A DNA stretch of 64,000 nucleotides. It comes from an uncultured delta proteobacterium (lineage in GTDB: Bacteria > Desulfobacterota > Binatia > HRBIN30 > BPIQ01). This document shows positions 10,277-19,684 of this stretch, in pieces. A program made the translations under genes and the position numbers. Where the stretch lies: assembly GCA_963761335.1 (NCBI GenBank), contig CAVXGR010000006.1, forward strand, positions 9,465 through 73,464, in the 5' to 3' direction. The notes beneath the pieces were generated by a model. The model was not told the origin of the DNA. It saw nothing but the letters and a program-made list of their open reading frames with translations, and did not search any database. Within the stretch, counting starts at the first letter, position 1, and every line of letters begins with the position of its first letter.

Positions 10277-10634
10277 GAGCGACCTCGATGGCGCCGAGGA
10301 TCTCCTCCTTCTCGAAAGGTTTGGCGAGAGCGGCCACGGCTCCAAACGCCTTGGCGACATCCAGATAGCTCTCCGGCTTGACCCGACCGCCGCCGGACAT
10401 GGCGATGACCTTGAGATGCGGATGGCTCCGCTGCAAGGCGCGGATGGTCTCGATGCCTTCCATGCCGGGCATGATGATGTCGGTGATGACGAGATCCACC
10501 GCGAGCTGCGTCAAGGCGCGCAGTGCTTCTGCGCCGTCCGCCGCTTCGGTGATGCGGTGCCCGGCGCGCTCCAGCGTGCGCCGCAGCATGTCGCGAAACG
10601 CCTGATCGTCATCGATCACGAGGATATGTGCCAT
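10257..10634 (-). CDS. Single-domain response regulator
   Basis: ILVIDDD, TDIIMP, AMSGG, KPF. Confidence 0.92.
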   Translation of the reverse strand: MAHILVIDDDQAFRDMLRRTLERAGHRITEAADGAEALRALTQLAVDLVITDIIMPGMEGIETIRALQRSHPHLKVIAMSGGGRVKPESYLDVAKAFGAVAALAKPFEKEEILGAIEVALSEPAA

Positions 10635-12580
10635 TCGCGTTCCGGTGTTTCCGGCATCTCGACCTCGCCGTCGGCGGCAGACGCGGGCAGGTAGACGGTG
10701 AAGGTGGTGCCTGTGTCGGGCCGGCTGTCCACATCGATGAGGCCGCCCTGCGCCTTGACGATGCCGTAGACCACAGAGAGGCCCAGGCCAGTGCCCTGTC
10801 CGGGTGGCTTGGTGGTGAAGAAGGGCTCGTAGATTCGCTGCTGCGTATTGCGGTCCATGCCCGTGCCGTTGTCGGTCACCGTGAGCCGTGCCCAGCGGCC
10901 GGCGTGCAGACGCGGGTGTGTGTTCGCGGCGTCGCCGTTGAGAGTGATGCCGTCGAGATGGACGTGGATGTGACCCGCGAGATCCTTGGAATCCTTCAGT
11001 GCCTGCCAGGCATTGGTGCACAGGTTCAGCAGTACCTGCTCGATCTGTGTCGCGTTGGCGAGCACGGCCGGCGTGTCCGGCGCGAACGTGCTGGCCAGAT
11101 CGACGGAGGCCGGGAGACTGGCGCGCAGGAAGCTGATGGCCTCTTCGACCAGTGGCCGCAGCTCGACGACGCTCCGCTGCCGTGATTGCTGGCTGCTGAA
11201 CTCCAGAATGCTCTGCACGAGATCCTTGGCCCGGCGACTCGCCTTGCGAATCTCCTCGATGCTCTCCAGCGCCGGATGCCGCGGCTCGAGGTCTTGAGCG
11301 GCGAGCGCGGCGTTGCCGATGATCGCGCCCAGGATGTTGTTGAAATCGTGCGCCACTCCGCCGGCGAGCGTGCCCAGCGCCTCCAGCTTCTGCGCCTGGT
11401 GGAGCTGCGCCTCCAGCGCGGCCCGGGCCGCTTCGCCGCGCACACGTTCGGTGACGTCCTGCTTGATGGCAATGAAGTGAGTGACTTCCCCGTCGGTGCG
11501 AAACGGGGTGATGGTCATCTCCTCGTTGTACAGTGTGCCGTCCTTGCGCTGGTTGACGAGTGTACCCTGCCAGACCTGACCGCTGGTGATGGTGCCCCAG
11601 AGATTGCGGTAGAAGGTCGCGTCGTGTTTACCGGACCTGAGCAGGCGCGGATTCTGCCCGATCACCTCGGCGGAGCTGTGGCCGGTCAGCCTGCAGAACG
11701 CGGCGTTGACCCACTGGATGGTGCCGGAGCGGTCGGTGATGACGATGCCGTTGGCCGCCGATTCCAGGGCCGCCGACTGCACGCGCATCTGCTCCTCCGC
11801 GAGCTTGCGGTCGGCGATGTCGCGGCTGATGCCGACGATGCCGAGAACACGGCCATCGGGACCGCAGTACGGCGTCTTGATGGTGTCGAAGGTGCTGCCC
11901 CCGCCGCCGGAGAAGGGAATCCATTCCTCGCCCCGCCATGACTTCCCGGAGCTCAGCATTTCCCGGTCGGCGCGGCGATAGGCCTCGGCCACGTCACGCG
12001 AGGTGAACTCCAGGTCCGTCTTGCCGATCTGGGCGGCCTCCGGAACGCCGGCGTAGGCCTCGAAGGCCTTGTTGCAGCCGAGATAGACGGAGTCGGTATC
12101 TTTGAAGAAGATCAGGTCGGGCACCGAGTCGATGAGCGCCCGCAGCAGGGCGTGCTCCTCGCGCAGGCGTTCCTCGCTGTCGCGGCGCCCGTGCAGCGCC
12201 AGCTCGGCCTGGCGCCGGGCGCGGTGCAGTGCCTCGGTGAGGGCGCTGACGAGTATCCCCGTCACCACGACGCTGATCCAGCGCTCGTAGTCGATGGCGG
12301 TGGCGCCGTGCGTGATCCCCGGTTGCCGAAGAACGAAGTGGCTGGAACAAGCGGCGACGATGGCGGTGGATACCAGGCCCGGTCCCAGCCCGCCGACATA
12401 GGCACTGATGATGATGGGAATCACCAGCACCACGATCGGCGGCTCGCCGCCAACCCGGTATCCCAGGGCGAGATGAGTGCCGACGGCGGCGACGGTCAGC
12501 GCGATCGCCAGCGCATAGGTCTCGGGCGACGATCGAGCCGCGGCTGGCCCCCGCATGCGGGGATGCATGAGGTGGCGCAT
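10616..12580 (-). CDS. Membrane PAS-PAS sensor histidine kinase
   Basis: N-terminal TM region, two PAS domains, AHDFNN, NLCTNA, DNGTG, FFTTK, GTGLGL. Confidence 0.93.
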   Translation of the reverse strand: MRHLMHPRMRGPAAARSSPETYALAIALTVAAVGTHLALGYRVGGEPPIVVLVIPIIISAYVGGLGPGLVSTAIVAACSSHFVLRQPGITHGATAIDYERWISVVVTGILVSALTEALHRARRQAELALHGRRDSEERLREEHALLRALIDSVPDLIFFKDTDSVYLGCNKAFEAYAGVPEAAQIGKTDLEFTSRDVAEAYRRADREMLSSGKSWRGEEWIPFSGGGGSTFDTIKTPYCGPDGRVLGIVGISRDIADRKLAEEQMRVQSAALESAANGIVITDRSGTIQWVNAAFCRLTGHSSAEVIGQNPRLLRSGKHDATFYRNLWGTITSGQVWQGTLVNQRKDGTLYNEEMTITPFRTDGEVTHFIAIKQDVTERVRGEAARAALEAQLHQAQKLEALGTLAGGVAHDFNNILGAIIGNAALAAQDLEPRHPALESIEEIRKASRRAKDLVQSILEFSSQQSRQRSVVELRPLVEEAISFLRASLPASVDLASTFAPDTPAVLANATQIEQVLLNLCTNAWQALKDSKDLAGHIHVHLDGITLNGDAANTHPRLHAGRWARLTVTDNGTGMDRNTQQRIYEPFFTTKPPGQGTGLGLSVVYGIVKAQGGLIDVDSRPDTGTTFTVYLPASAADGEVEMPETPEREWHISS

Positions 12581-12747
12581 GCCGCGATCATCCGCCGCGA
12601 TCGGCCCAATGCCTTCGCGTGTCCATGTCCCTTGAGAAAAGCAAGAGTGATGCCCGGCGGAATCGCTTTTGATGCCGCGCCATGCCTGATTTGCGTGGCG
12701 TCAGTGGATCATCTTTTCCGAGCCCAGCTTGAGTTCTGCGCGCGGCT

Positions 12748-14190
12748 ATGCGACGGCGTGCGGCGATGGATGAGGCTTCGACTGCGCCGAGTGCCGGAGG
12801 GGCCGCGAGAGGCGCTCGCGTCGAAGCCCGCCGACCGGCGGATCCCGGCCTGGTCATCCTCGGGGGCGGGCCGGCGGGCCTCGCCACGGCTTTCTACGCA
12901 CGTCGCGCGGGAATTCCCCTTGTCCTTTTCGAGAGGTCCGCGAGCTTCGGCGGTCTCTGTCGCACGCTTCGCTGCGGCGATCACCTCTACGACTCGGGAG
13001 CCCATCGTTTCCACGATCGCGACCCCGAGGTGACCGCCGATCTGCGAGAGCTACTCGGCGATGAGCTGGTGCACGTAAACGCGCCCAGTCAGATCTACGA
13101 CAGCGGCCGGTTCGTCGATTTTCCTCCCACGCCCCTCGGGTTGGTCCGCTCCGAAGGCTTGCGGCGGGGTGCTCGGCTCGGCGCCGAGATCATCTCGGCG
13201 CGCCTGCGCAAGCCGGTGCGCTGTGCGACCTTTGCGGAGTTTGCCGTGAGCCAGTTCGGTCCCTCCCTGGCGCGCCGCTTCCTGCTGGATTACTCGGAGA
13301 AGCTCTGGGGGCTCGCGGCCGAGCAGCTATCGCCCGATGTCGCCACCCGCCGGCTGCAGGGAATGACGGTGAGATCTCTGCTGACCGAGATGTTGGTTCC
13401 CGGACAGCGGGCAAAGCACATCGACGGAGAGTTTCTCTACCCGCGCGGCGGCTACGGAAGGATTGTCGATGCCATGGTGAGCAGCCTGCCGCCGGCCGCT
13501 CTCCACGCCGGCCACGAGGTCTCGCGACTCGAGTGCACCGGGGCGCGGGTGAGTCGGGTTCATTTCGCCGCCGGCGGCTCGCTCGAGGTGAGTGGCCGCG
13601 TCATCTCCACCATCCCGCTGACCAGGCTCGTGGCCTCGCTGGGAGAGAACCTCCCCGCGGCGGCGGTGGAAGCGGCCGCGCAGCTCCGTTTCCGCCACGT
13701 GCGCCTGCTCTTCATTCGGCTGGCGCAGCCGCGTGTCTCTCGCAATGCCTCGATCTACTTTCCGAACCGGAGCTTCTGCGTCTCCCGGGTGTACGAGCCG
13801 CGCAACCGCTCCGCCGCCATGGCGCCGCCAGGCGAGACGTCGCTGGTGGCGGAGGCGCCTTGCTTTGCATCCGATGCGGTTCAACAGCTCCCAGAGGAGT
13901 CGTTTGCCCGGCGGGTGATCGACGAGCTCGCCTCGAGCGACCTCATCGACCCGGCGCGGGTCATCGAATGGCGACACCACTTTCTCGCCAATGCCTATCC
14001 CGTCTATTCCCTCGACTATCCGGGGCTCGTCGGCACGATTCTCGAGGCGCTTTCCGCAATCGAAAACCTCCACACCGGCGGTCGCGGTGGCAGGTTCCTG
14101 TACGGCCACCTGCACGACCAGATGCGCTTCGGCAAGGATTGCGCGGCGAGCCTGGTGGCTCGCCGCCCCGTGGATGCGGCTGCCGGGTAG
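12748..14190 (+). CDS. FAD-dependent oxidoreductase (HemY/amine oxidase/Glf-like); start may be 12768
   Basis: GGGPAGL, GGLCRT, DSGAHRF, YPRGGYG, AYPVY, GRGGRF.Y. Confidence 0.8.
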   Translation: MRRRAAMDEASTAPSAGGAARGARVEARRPADPGLVILGGGPAGLATAFYARRAGIPLVLFERSASFGGLCRTLRCGDHLYDSGAHRFHDRDPEVTADLRELLGDELVHVNAPSQIYDSGRFVDFPPTPLGLVRSEGLRRGARLGAEIISARLRKPVRCATFAEFAVSQFGPSLARRFLLDYSEKLWGLAAEQLSPDVATRRLQGMTVRSLLTEMLVPGQRAKHIDGEFLYPRGGYGRIVDAMVSSLPPAALHAGHEVSRLECTGARVSRVHFAAGGSLEVSGRVISTIPLTRLVASLGENLPAAAVEAAAQLRFRHVRLLFIRLAQPRVSRNASIYFPNRSFCVSRVYEPRNRSAAMAPPGETSLVAEAPCFASDAVQQLPEESFARRVIDELASSDLIDPARVIEWRHHFLANAYPVYSLDYPGLVGTILEALSAIENLHTGGRGGRFLYGHLHDQMRFGKDCAASLVARRPVDAAAG

Positions 14191-14195
14191 TGGGG

Positions 14196-14533
14196 GCTTT
14201 TGAAATGAAACGCGGTCAACTTCGGTCCACCACAACCTCCGCTTCGTTGAGTTGAACCCGACTTCCCGAGGTTGCATCTGTGGCCGGGAGCGAGGAGATC
14301 ATTCGCCCCGGAGGGGCGCAGGCGCGTAGCCCCGGGTCGGAGACCCGGGGATCCCGAAGTCGACGTCCGTTGGCGCCCCTGGCGGGGCGCATCGGGGAAG
14401 GCGGACCCGGGGATCCCGGGTCGGAGACCCGGCGCTACATGCCTGCGCCGCTTCGCGGCGCGATCCCCCAGCCCAAGTTAGTTAGGTCGTGGGGGATTTG
14501 GTCGGTAAGGATGCTTTTGAAATGAAACGCGGT
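14196..14533. repeat. 21-bp direct repeat GCTTTTGAAATGAAACGCGGT at 14196-14216 and 14513-14533
   Basis: Exact duplicate read directly from the sequence. Confidence 0.9.
14302..14463. repeat. Composite palindromic REP/MITE-like element, family A
   Basis: Hairpins CGCCCCGGAGGGGCG, CCCGGGTCGGAGACCCGG (twice) and GCGCCCCTGGCGGGGCGC. A related copy lies at 26278-26527. Confidence 0.8.
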
Positions 14534-14558
14534 TGATCTCAAGATCCGCCACTACTGG

Positions 14559-14603
14559 CTGACGACGGTTCGACTGACGACGGTTCGTCTGACGACGGTT
14601 CGC
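14559..14603. repeat. Three 15-bp tandem units CTGACGACGGTTCGN
   Basis: Read directly; ends just before a TTGACG -35 box. Confidence 0.9.
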
Positions 14604-14604
14604 C

Positions 14605-14633
14605 TTGACGGCGGGGCAAGATCGGCTTACCCT
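14605..14633 (+). promoter_or_regulatory. Putative sigma70 promoter for the peptide/HEXXH operon
   Basis: TTGACG-17 nt-TACCCT, followed by an AT-rich leader and AAGGAG. Confidence 0.6.
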
Positions 14634-14669
14634 GCGCCGCACGTATTTACTTTATTTCAAGGAGCGGGC

Positions 14670-14831
14670 ATGGCGGACCAAGAATTGATCAGCCTTCGCG
14701 GCATCGCCGAAGGCCAAGCGGTGGAAGTGGAGCAGTTGCTGGCGGGGATGCGCGGCACTTCGGGCACGGTGCCCTGGACCGCGGGCCTGCGGGCGGTCGT
14801 GCGCAAGGACGATCCGCCAGAGGAAGACTGA
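14670..14831 (+). CDS. 53-aa putative RiPP precursor peptide MADQELISLRGIAEGQAVEVEQLLAGMRGTSGTVPWTAGLRAVVRKDDPPEED
   Basis: Translated by hand (not in the ORF track). AAGGAG RBS and promoter upstream; directly ahead of the HEXXH gene. Confidence 0.7.
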   Translation: MADQELISLRGIAEGQAVEVEQLLAGMRGTSGTVPWTAGLRAVVRKDDPPEED

Positions 14832-14905
14832 GTTCTCCGGCTCACCTGCTCTGGGAGGACACGGCGCTCGAGCAGCGCCGGTGGGAGCGGAGCGCCTGCG
14901 CGCTG

Positions 14906-16282
14906 GTGGCGGTTCAGCGTGCCGTGCGGGAGGCTCCTGATCTTCCCGGTGCCAGGGAGTTCCTCAGCGTCTATGAGGTGGTGGAGAGCGCCGAAGCGGC
15001 GCACTTCACCCGCATCTGGCGAGACCCCGCCGCCTATCACTGGGTGCGCCGCGCGGTGCACCTGCTGGCGGCTCTTCACGGCGCGCCGCTCCCGGAGTGG
15101 GAACGAGCCTACTGCGCAGCTCTGGGCGCCGGAGACCCGGCGGAGGCTCTGGCGATCCACCTCGCGCAGTTCGGAAAGTTCGTGCTCGCCTTGGGGGTCG
15201 TCGCGCACCGGGAGGTGCGCCTCGCCGTGCCGTACGAGGCGGTGCTGCCGATCGCCATCCCTGGCACGGATGTCGTGCTGAGCGGCGATGGCCGCGCCGG
15301 GTTTCTGGCGGTGGCCGGCGGCCGTATCGAGATCGAGCTCGATGGGGCGCGCCGATGGCTGTCGCCGAGCGCCGCTGCAATGCGAGGCGAGCCGCGCGCC
15401 GAGATATGTCCGTCCGTGGCCGCCGCGGGAGCTCGGGTGCTTCTGAACCCCTACCTCTTTCGTCTTCCCGGGATCGGATTCTTTCGCGAGCCCGGCGATG
15501 ACGCGCTCGAGTTTCAGCGGCGCCACGCGGCCCTCGTCGGCGAAGCGCTGCTCGCCTTGCAGCGGCTCCAGCCCTCCACCTTCTCGCACTTCGTTCGCGA
15601 CACTCGCGTCGTCGCGTTGAAGCTCGCCCGCGAAGAGGATTTCGGAACCCTGAGCACGTCGGAGCTGCCCGGGGCGTTCGTCTGCAGCGTGCCGGCTGAT
15701 CCCCTGGCTCTGGCGGCCGACTTCATTCACGAGCTCCATCACGACCGCCTGTTCTCCATCGAGGAGGCGGGGCCCTTCTTCGAGCCCGGTGCCGAGGATG
15801 CGGTCGAGGGCGAGCTCCATTACTCGCCCTGGCGCGATGCGCCCCGTCCTCTTCACGGGCTGTTGCACGCGGTCTACGTCTACGTCCCCGTCTTTCGATT
15901 CTGGAGCGCGGTCTGCCGCGCCGGGACGATTGGCGGGCCGCAGCTCGCCTATGCGCGCGACCAGCTGGCGCGCATTCCGTTGCAGATCCACATCGGACTC
16001 AACCAGCTGCGGCGCAACGCGCACTTCACGCCGCTGGGCGCGACTCTCTTCGAAGATCTGGTGCTCCAAGCGGCCGGGATGGAGGAAGAGGCGGCGGCGC
16101 TGGACGTCGCCCTCGAGACGCCCGCCTGGACATGCCGCGCCAGCGGTGCCCTCAGGCCCGTCGTGCGCGACGGCGGTGCGCAGGTACTCACGGTGCGCGA
16201 GACGCTCCTCGATCACCTACAACGCTGTGATCGCCGCGGCGAATGCGCGGCGGAGCGCGACCTGCTGGCGTCACCGCAGTGA
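14906..16282 (+). CDS. HEXXH-domain peptide modification protein (aKG-HExxH/FxsB C-terminal-like); start may be CTG 14828
   Basis: TLSTSELPGAFV, FIHELHHDRL, YSPWRDAPRPLHGLLHAVY. Confidence 0.85.
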   Translation: MAVQRAVREAPDLPGAREFLSVYEVVESAEAAHFTRIWRDPAAYHWVRRAVHLLAALHGAPLPEWERAYCAALGAGDPAEALAIHLAQFGKFVLALGVVAHREVRLAVPYEAVLPIAIPGTDVVLSGDGRAGFLAVAGGRIEIELDGARRWLSPSAAAMRGEPRAEICPSVAAAGARVLLNPYLFRLPGIGFFREPGDDALEFQRRHAALVGEALLALQRLQPSTFSHFVRDTRVVALKLAREEDFGTLSTSELPGAFVCSVPADPLALAADFIHELHHDRLFSIEEAGPFFEPGAEDAVEGELHYSPWRDAPRPLHGLLHAVYVYVPVFRFWSAVCRAGTIGGPQLAYARDQLARIPLQIHIGLNQLRRNAHFTPLGATLFEDLVLQAAGMEEEAAALDVALETPAWTCRASGALRPVVRDGGAQVLTVRETLLDHLQRCDRRGECAAERDLLASPQ

Positions 16283-16313
16283 ACATTGGCGCGAACGATT
16301 CGGAGTGAACCGG

Positions 16314-17021
16314 ATGGTGCCGGCGCGGGACCGCCAGCTCTGGGAGCGGATCTGGTCCGGCTCGTCATACAGCCGGCCCGCCCGCCGGGCCTCACGAGCG
16401 CGTGCCAAGGTCGAGGCGCTCTCCGCACTAGGTATCGATCTCGCAGCGGGAGGCCGGGTTCTCGACCTCGCCTGCGGCTCCGGTCACGTCCTCCTCGAGC
16501 TGGCCGCGCGCATTCCCCAAGGCGCACACCGGGTTGCCTGCGATCGCTCCACAGCGGCGCTGCACGCCGCTCGTTCGGTCTTTCGCGTCTCTGGACTCGA
16601 GGTGCCGATCCTCCAGGCGGATGCGGCAGCTCTCCCCTTGCGCACCGGGTCCTGCGATCTGGTGCTCGCCTCCATGGTGCTGCACCATCTGCGCGAGCCG
16701 GCGAAGGCGCTATCGGAGATCGAGCGGGTGCTCGCCGCCGACGGACGGCTGCTCGTGGTCGTCCCCAGCCCGTACTCCCTGGCATCGTTCTCCAGCCGGG
16801 CGCGAGAAGCGATGGATCTGCCGCCGTACGACGGCCGGCGCTACACCGCGGAGCAGCTCGTCGGTCTGCTGCAGACGCAATTCGTCGTCGAGGCCTGCCG
16901 GTCGTGGCAGCTCGGCTTCGACCGGCCGCTCTCAGCGCTTGCCGATCGCGCCCTCGGAGCGTTGATCCCCGGCTGGGGGCGGTATCTCGTCGCGCGTTGC
17001 CGGCGCGGTGTCCCCGACTGA
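16314..17021 (+). CDS. Class I SAM-dependent methyltransferase
   Basis: VLDLACGSG, QADAAALPL, VLHHL, ERVL..DGRL. GGAG upstream of the ATG. Confidence 0.88.
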   Translation: MVPARDRQLWERIWSGSSYSRPARRASRARAKVEALSALGIDLAAGGRVLDLACGSGHVLLELAARIPQGAHRVACDRSTAALHAARSVFRVSGLEVPILQADAAALPLRTGSCDLVLASMVLHHLREPAKALSEIERVLAADGRLLVVVPSPYSLASFSSRAREAMDLPPYDGRRYTAEQLVGLLQTQFVVEACRSWQLGFDRPLSALADRALGALIPGWGRYLVARCRRGVPD

Positions 17022-17711
17022 GCGACCGTAGCCGGCCGAACGGCGCCGGGGCACACGCGCCAGAAACGGCTTGGCGAGCCTGAACATGGGCTGCTCGAGG
17101 CGGCGTAGCGCCAGCCCGCGCAGGCGGTCCCACGCCGTCTCGGGGGGGAAGAGGCGGCGCAGCCAGTCGTTGACCGCGAGCTCGAGGACCAGGTGAATGC
17201 GGTCGCTGTCGCTGGCGTTCTCCACGGAGTGCGGCAGGCACACGTTCAGGTACCACGCCTCCCCGGCGCGCATGTCGATGCGTTCGCCGGCGAGCCGCCA
17301 GCTCACCCGCTCGTCGGTGAGGATGGGAACATGGATTCGAATGAATCCCCGCTCGAAGCTCCACCGCTGATCGCAGGCGTACGGATAATCGCGGTGCGTG
17401 CGGATCGAGGCCCGCGATCGGAGGCGGCTCAGGCGCGCGTGCAGGATCGGTGCATCGAAGGACGACAGCGCGCCGCGAATGCCAGGCGCGATGGCGAGCA
17501 GAGGCGTCGGCTTGCCGGCTGCGGATCCAGTCGAATGAATCGACTGCCGGGTGCGGTGATCGCCGTCCGACGAGATGAGCGGGATCACGCCCCATTCCGC
17601 CCGTTCACCCCCCCAGTGATCGATCCATGCAGCCTGCTTCTCGACCTCCCGGACGTCCTGGAGGAGCAGCGGGGCATCGAACTGCAGCGGCAGCCGGTGA
17701 GCTCCGACCAT
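16932..17711 (-). CDS. Aspartyl/asparaginyl beta-hydroxylase-like 2OG-Fe(II) oxygenase
   Basis: IRTHRD, RIHVPI.T, GEAWYLN...PHSVEN...DRIHLV. Confidence 0.85.
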   Translation of the reverse strand: MVGAHRLPLQFDAPLLLQDVREVEKQAAWIDHWGGERAEWGVIPLISSDGDHRTRQSIHSTGSAAGKPTPLLAIAPGIRGALSSFDAPILHARLSRLRSRASIRTHRDYPYACDQRWSFERGFIRIHVPILTDERVSWRLAGERIDMRAGEAWYLNVCLPHSVENASDSDRIHLVLELAVNDWLRRLFPPETAWDRLRGLALRRLEQPMFRLAKPFLARVPRRRSAGYGRSVGDTAPATRDEIPPPAGDQRSEGAIGKR

Positions 17712-17744
17712 GGCGCGCGATCGTGCCTCCGGGTCGGCTGGACG

Positions 17745-18899
17745 TCAAGCGGCGATGAACGCCTCGACGGCCGCGGGATCGAGGCGGTCGAGGCGGCTCG
17801 GACTGAGAGCGGCGAGCTCGGGGGCGGTTCGGCCAGCGATGATCTCGGCGACCGTGCGCCCGACGGCGGGGGCGATGGCGAAGCCGTGACCGGAGAAGCC
17901 GACTGCCAGCACCAGGCCTGAAAAGGCGGCGGTGGGGCCGATGAAGGGGAGGTCGTCGATGCTTTCGGCCTCAAAGCCACCCCAGGCCTCGGCGACGCGC
18001 AGCTCGCGGAGTGCGGGCAGGACGGCGCACCCTTCCACCCAGTTTCCGGAGATGCTCTCGTCTCGCAGCGCATAACCCAGGCGATTGGCGGCGGCGTCTG
18101 CGGGCCAGCCGCCGCCCAGGAGAAAGCTTCCGTCGCCGAGCTGCTTGAGCGACAGATGTCGGCCGAGACACGACACCACCGGGCGGAGCGTCGCGGCGCG
18201 GCCGGGTGTCGAGCGCAGCATCTGATAGACGGCGGTGCGGATCGGCAGCCGGATGCCGATGCCGGCGGCCAGCGTGTCGCTCCACGGGCCCGCGGCGAGG
18301 ACCACCGTCTCGGCCTCGATGTCGCCGCGGGCGGTGCGCGCACCGCGCACCCGGCTGGCCGAGGCGAGCAGGGAGGTGGTCTCCGTAGCGGTCCAGTAGG
18401 TAGCGCCGCAGCGCTCGGCAGAGGCGGCGAAGGCACGCGTGGTCTTCACGGGATCGGCCTGGCCATCCGCGGCGCTGTAGCTCCCCGCAATCAGGTGGCC
18501 GGCCAGAGTCGGCGCCAGCTCGCGCAGCTCCCGCCGGTCGAGCAGACGCACGTCGGCGAAGCCGAGTGCGTGTTGTCTGCCGACGAAGGCGGCGAGGCGC
18601 TCGGCCTGGGGCGCGGTCTCGGCCACCAGCAGGTTGCCGCCCTGGCGATATCCCAGAGGTGCGCAAAGCTCGTCTTCCAGGTGCGGCCAGCGCGCCATCG
18701 ATTCGCCGGCAAGGGCGGCCTCCGCGGCATGGCGGCCCTGCCGGCGGATTCCGCCGGCGCTCGCCCACGACGCCGAGGGCTTCACTGCCACTGCGGCTCG
18801 CTCGACGACCAGGACGCGCCGGCCCTGGCGCGCCAGGTGATAGGCGATCGAGCTGCCGATCACGCCTCCCCCGACGATCAGAATCTCGGTGCGGCGCAT
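17745..18899 (-). CDS. FAD-dependent oxidoreductase, DAO/sarcosine oxidase beta-like
   Basis: IVGGGVIG, ASWASAGG, DDLPFIG, GFSGHGF. Confidence 0.9.
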   Translation of the reverse strand: MRRTEILIVGGGVIGSSIAYHLARQGRRVLVVERAAVAVKPSASWASAGGIRRQGRHAAEAALAGESMARWPHLEDELCAPLGYRQGGNLLVAETAPQAERLAAFVGRQHALGFADVRLLDRRELRELAPTLAGHLIAGSYSAADGQADPVKTTRAFAASAERCGATYWTATETTSLLASASRVRGARTARGDIEAETVVLAAGPWSDTLAAGIGIRLPIRTAVYQMLRSTPGRAATLRPVVSCLGRHLSLKQLGDGSFLLGGGWPADAAANRLGYALRDESISGNWVEGCAVLPALRELRVAEAWGGFEAESIDDLPFIGPTAAFSGLVLAVGFSGHGFAIAPAVGRTVAEIIAGRTAPELAALSPSRLDRLDPAAVEAFIAA

Positions 18900-18966
18900 G
18901 TCCCGGTTCGCGGCGATCTCCGTTTGACTCCCTCCGAGGCATTGCCATAAGGGCTCGCCTCTGGGA

Positions 18967-19683
18967 ATGGCGGCCGCGAGAGAAGACTGGGCGAGCAATC
19001 AGGGCGTGCGCCTCCACTATCTGGAGAGTGGCGATCGCGGTTTGCCCCACGTATTCCTTCCCGGGACCTTCGGCTACGCCGAGGACTATCTTCCCGAGAT
19101 GCAGGCGCTGGCGCCGCGGCGCTGCGCCGCCGTCAGCCTGCGGGGTCGCGGTCGGAGCGATGTGCCTGCGAAGGGCTACGCGTTCGAAGACCACGTCGCT
19201 GATTTCGCCGCCATTGCCGAGAGCTTCGGCTGCGACCGCTTCACCCTGATGGCGTACGCGATGGGCGCAACCTGGGCGCTCGGCTATGCGCTGCGATGCC
19301 CCGAGCGGGTGGCCGGGCTGATCCTCGGCGACTACCCGGCGCGCTATCGTGCCCTCAAGCCGGGGTGGGGGGATCGCGCCGTGGCCGCCATGCCGGATCG
19401 AGCCAATCCCGCGGTGGCGCGCGCCCTCGAGCGCGATTCGTTCGAAGTGGACATGTGGGATCGGCTCGGCGAGATCCGTTGCCCGGTGCTCATCCTGCGC
19501 GGTGGGCAGCCGGGGGCTCTGGTCACCGACGAGGTCGCCGCCAGGTACCGGCAGCATCTCGAGCGGATGAGATTGGTCACGCTGCCGCCGAACGGTCACG
19601 AGCTGTGGAAGCCGGATTTCGACGGATACATCGGCGCGGTCGGTGACTTTCTCGCGGAGCTCGACCCGCCGTCGTGGCTTTGA
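18967..19683 (+). CDS. Alpha/beta hydrolase-fold protein with Ala at the nucleophile position
   Basis: LRGRGRSD, AYAMG in place of GxSxG, PVLILRG, GHEL. Confidence 0.8.
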   Translation: MAAAREDWASNQGVRLHYLESGDRGLPHVFLPGTFGYAEDYLPEMQALAPRRCAAVSLRGRGRSDVPAKGYAFEDHVADFAAIAESFGCDRFTLMAYAMGATWALGYALRCPERVAGLILGDYPARYRALKPGWGDRAVAAMPDRANPAVARALERDSFEVDMWDRLGEIRCPVLILRGGQPGALVTDEVAARYRQHLERMRLVTLPPNGHELWKPDFDGYIGAVGDFLAELDPPSWL

Positions 19684-19684
19684 T

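Noticed and set aside
12748..14190. FAD oxidoreductase as part of the HEXXH peptide cluster
   Set aside because: It is separated by about 480 bp of repeats and a separate promoter, so a link is unsupported.
14559..14603. Tandem 15-mers as a CRISPR array
   Set aside because: There are no spacers, the unit is too short and no cas genes are present.
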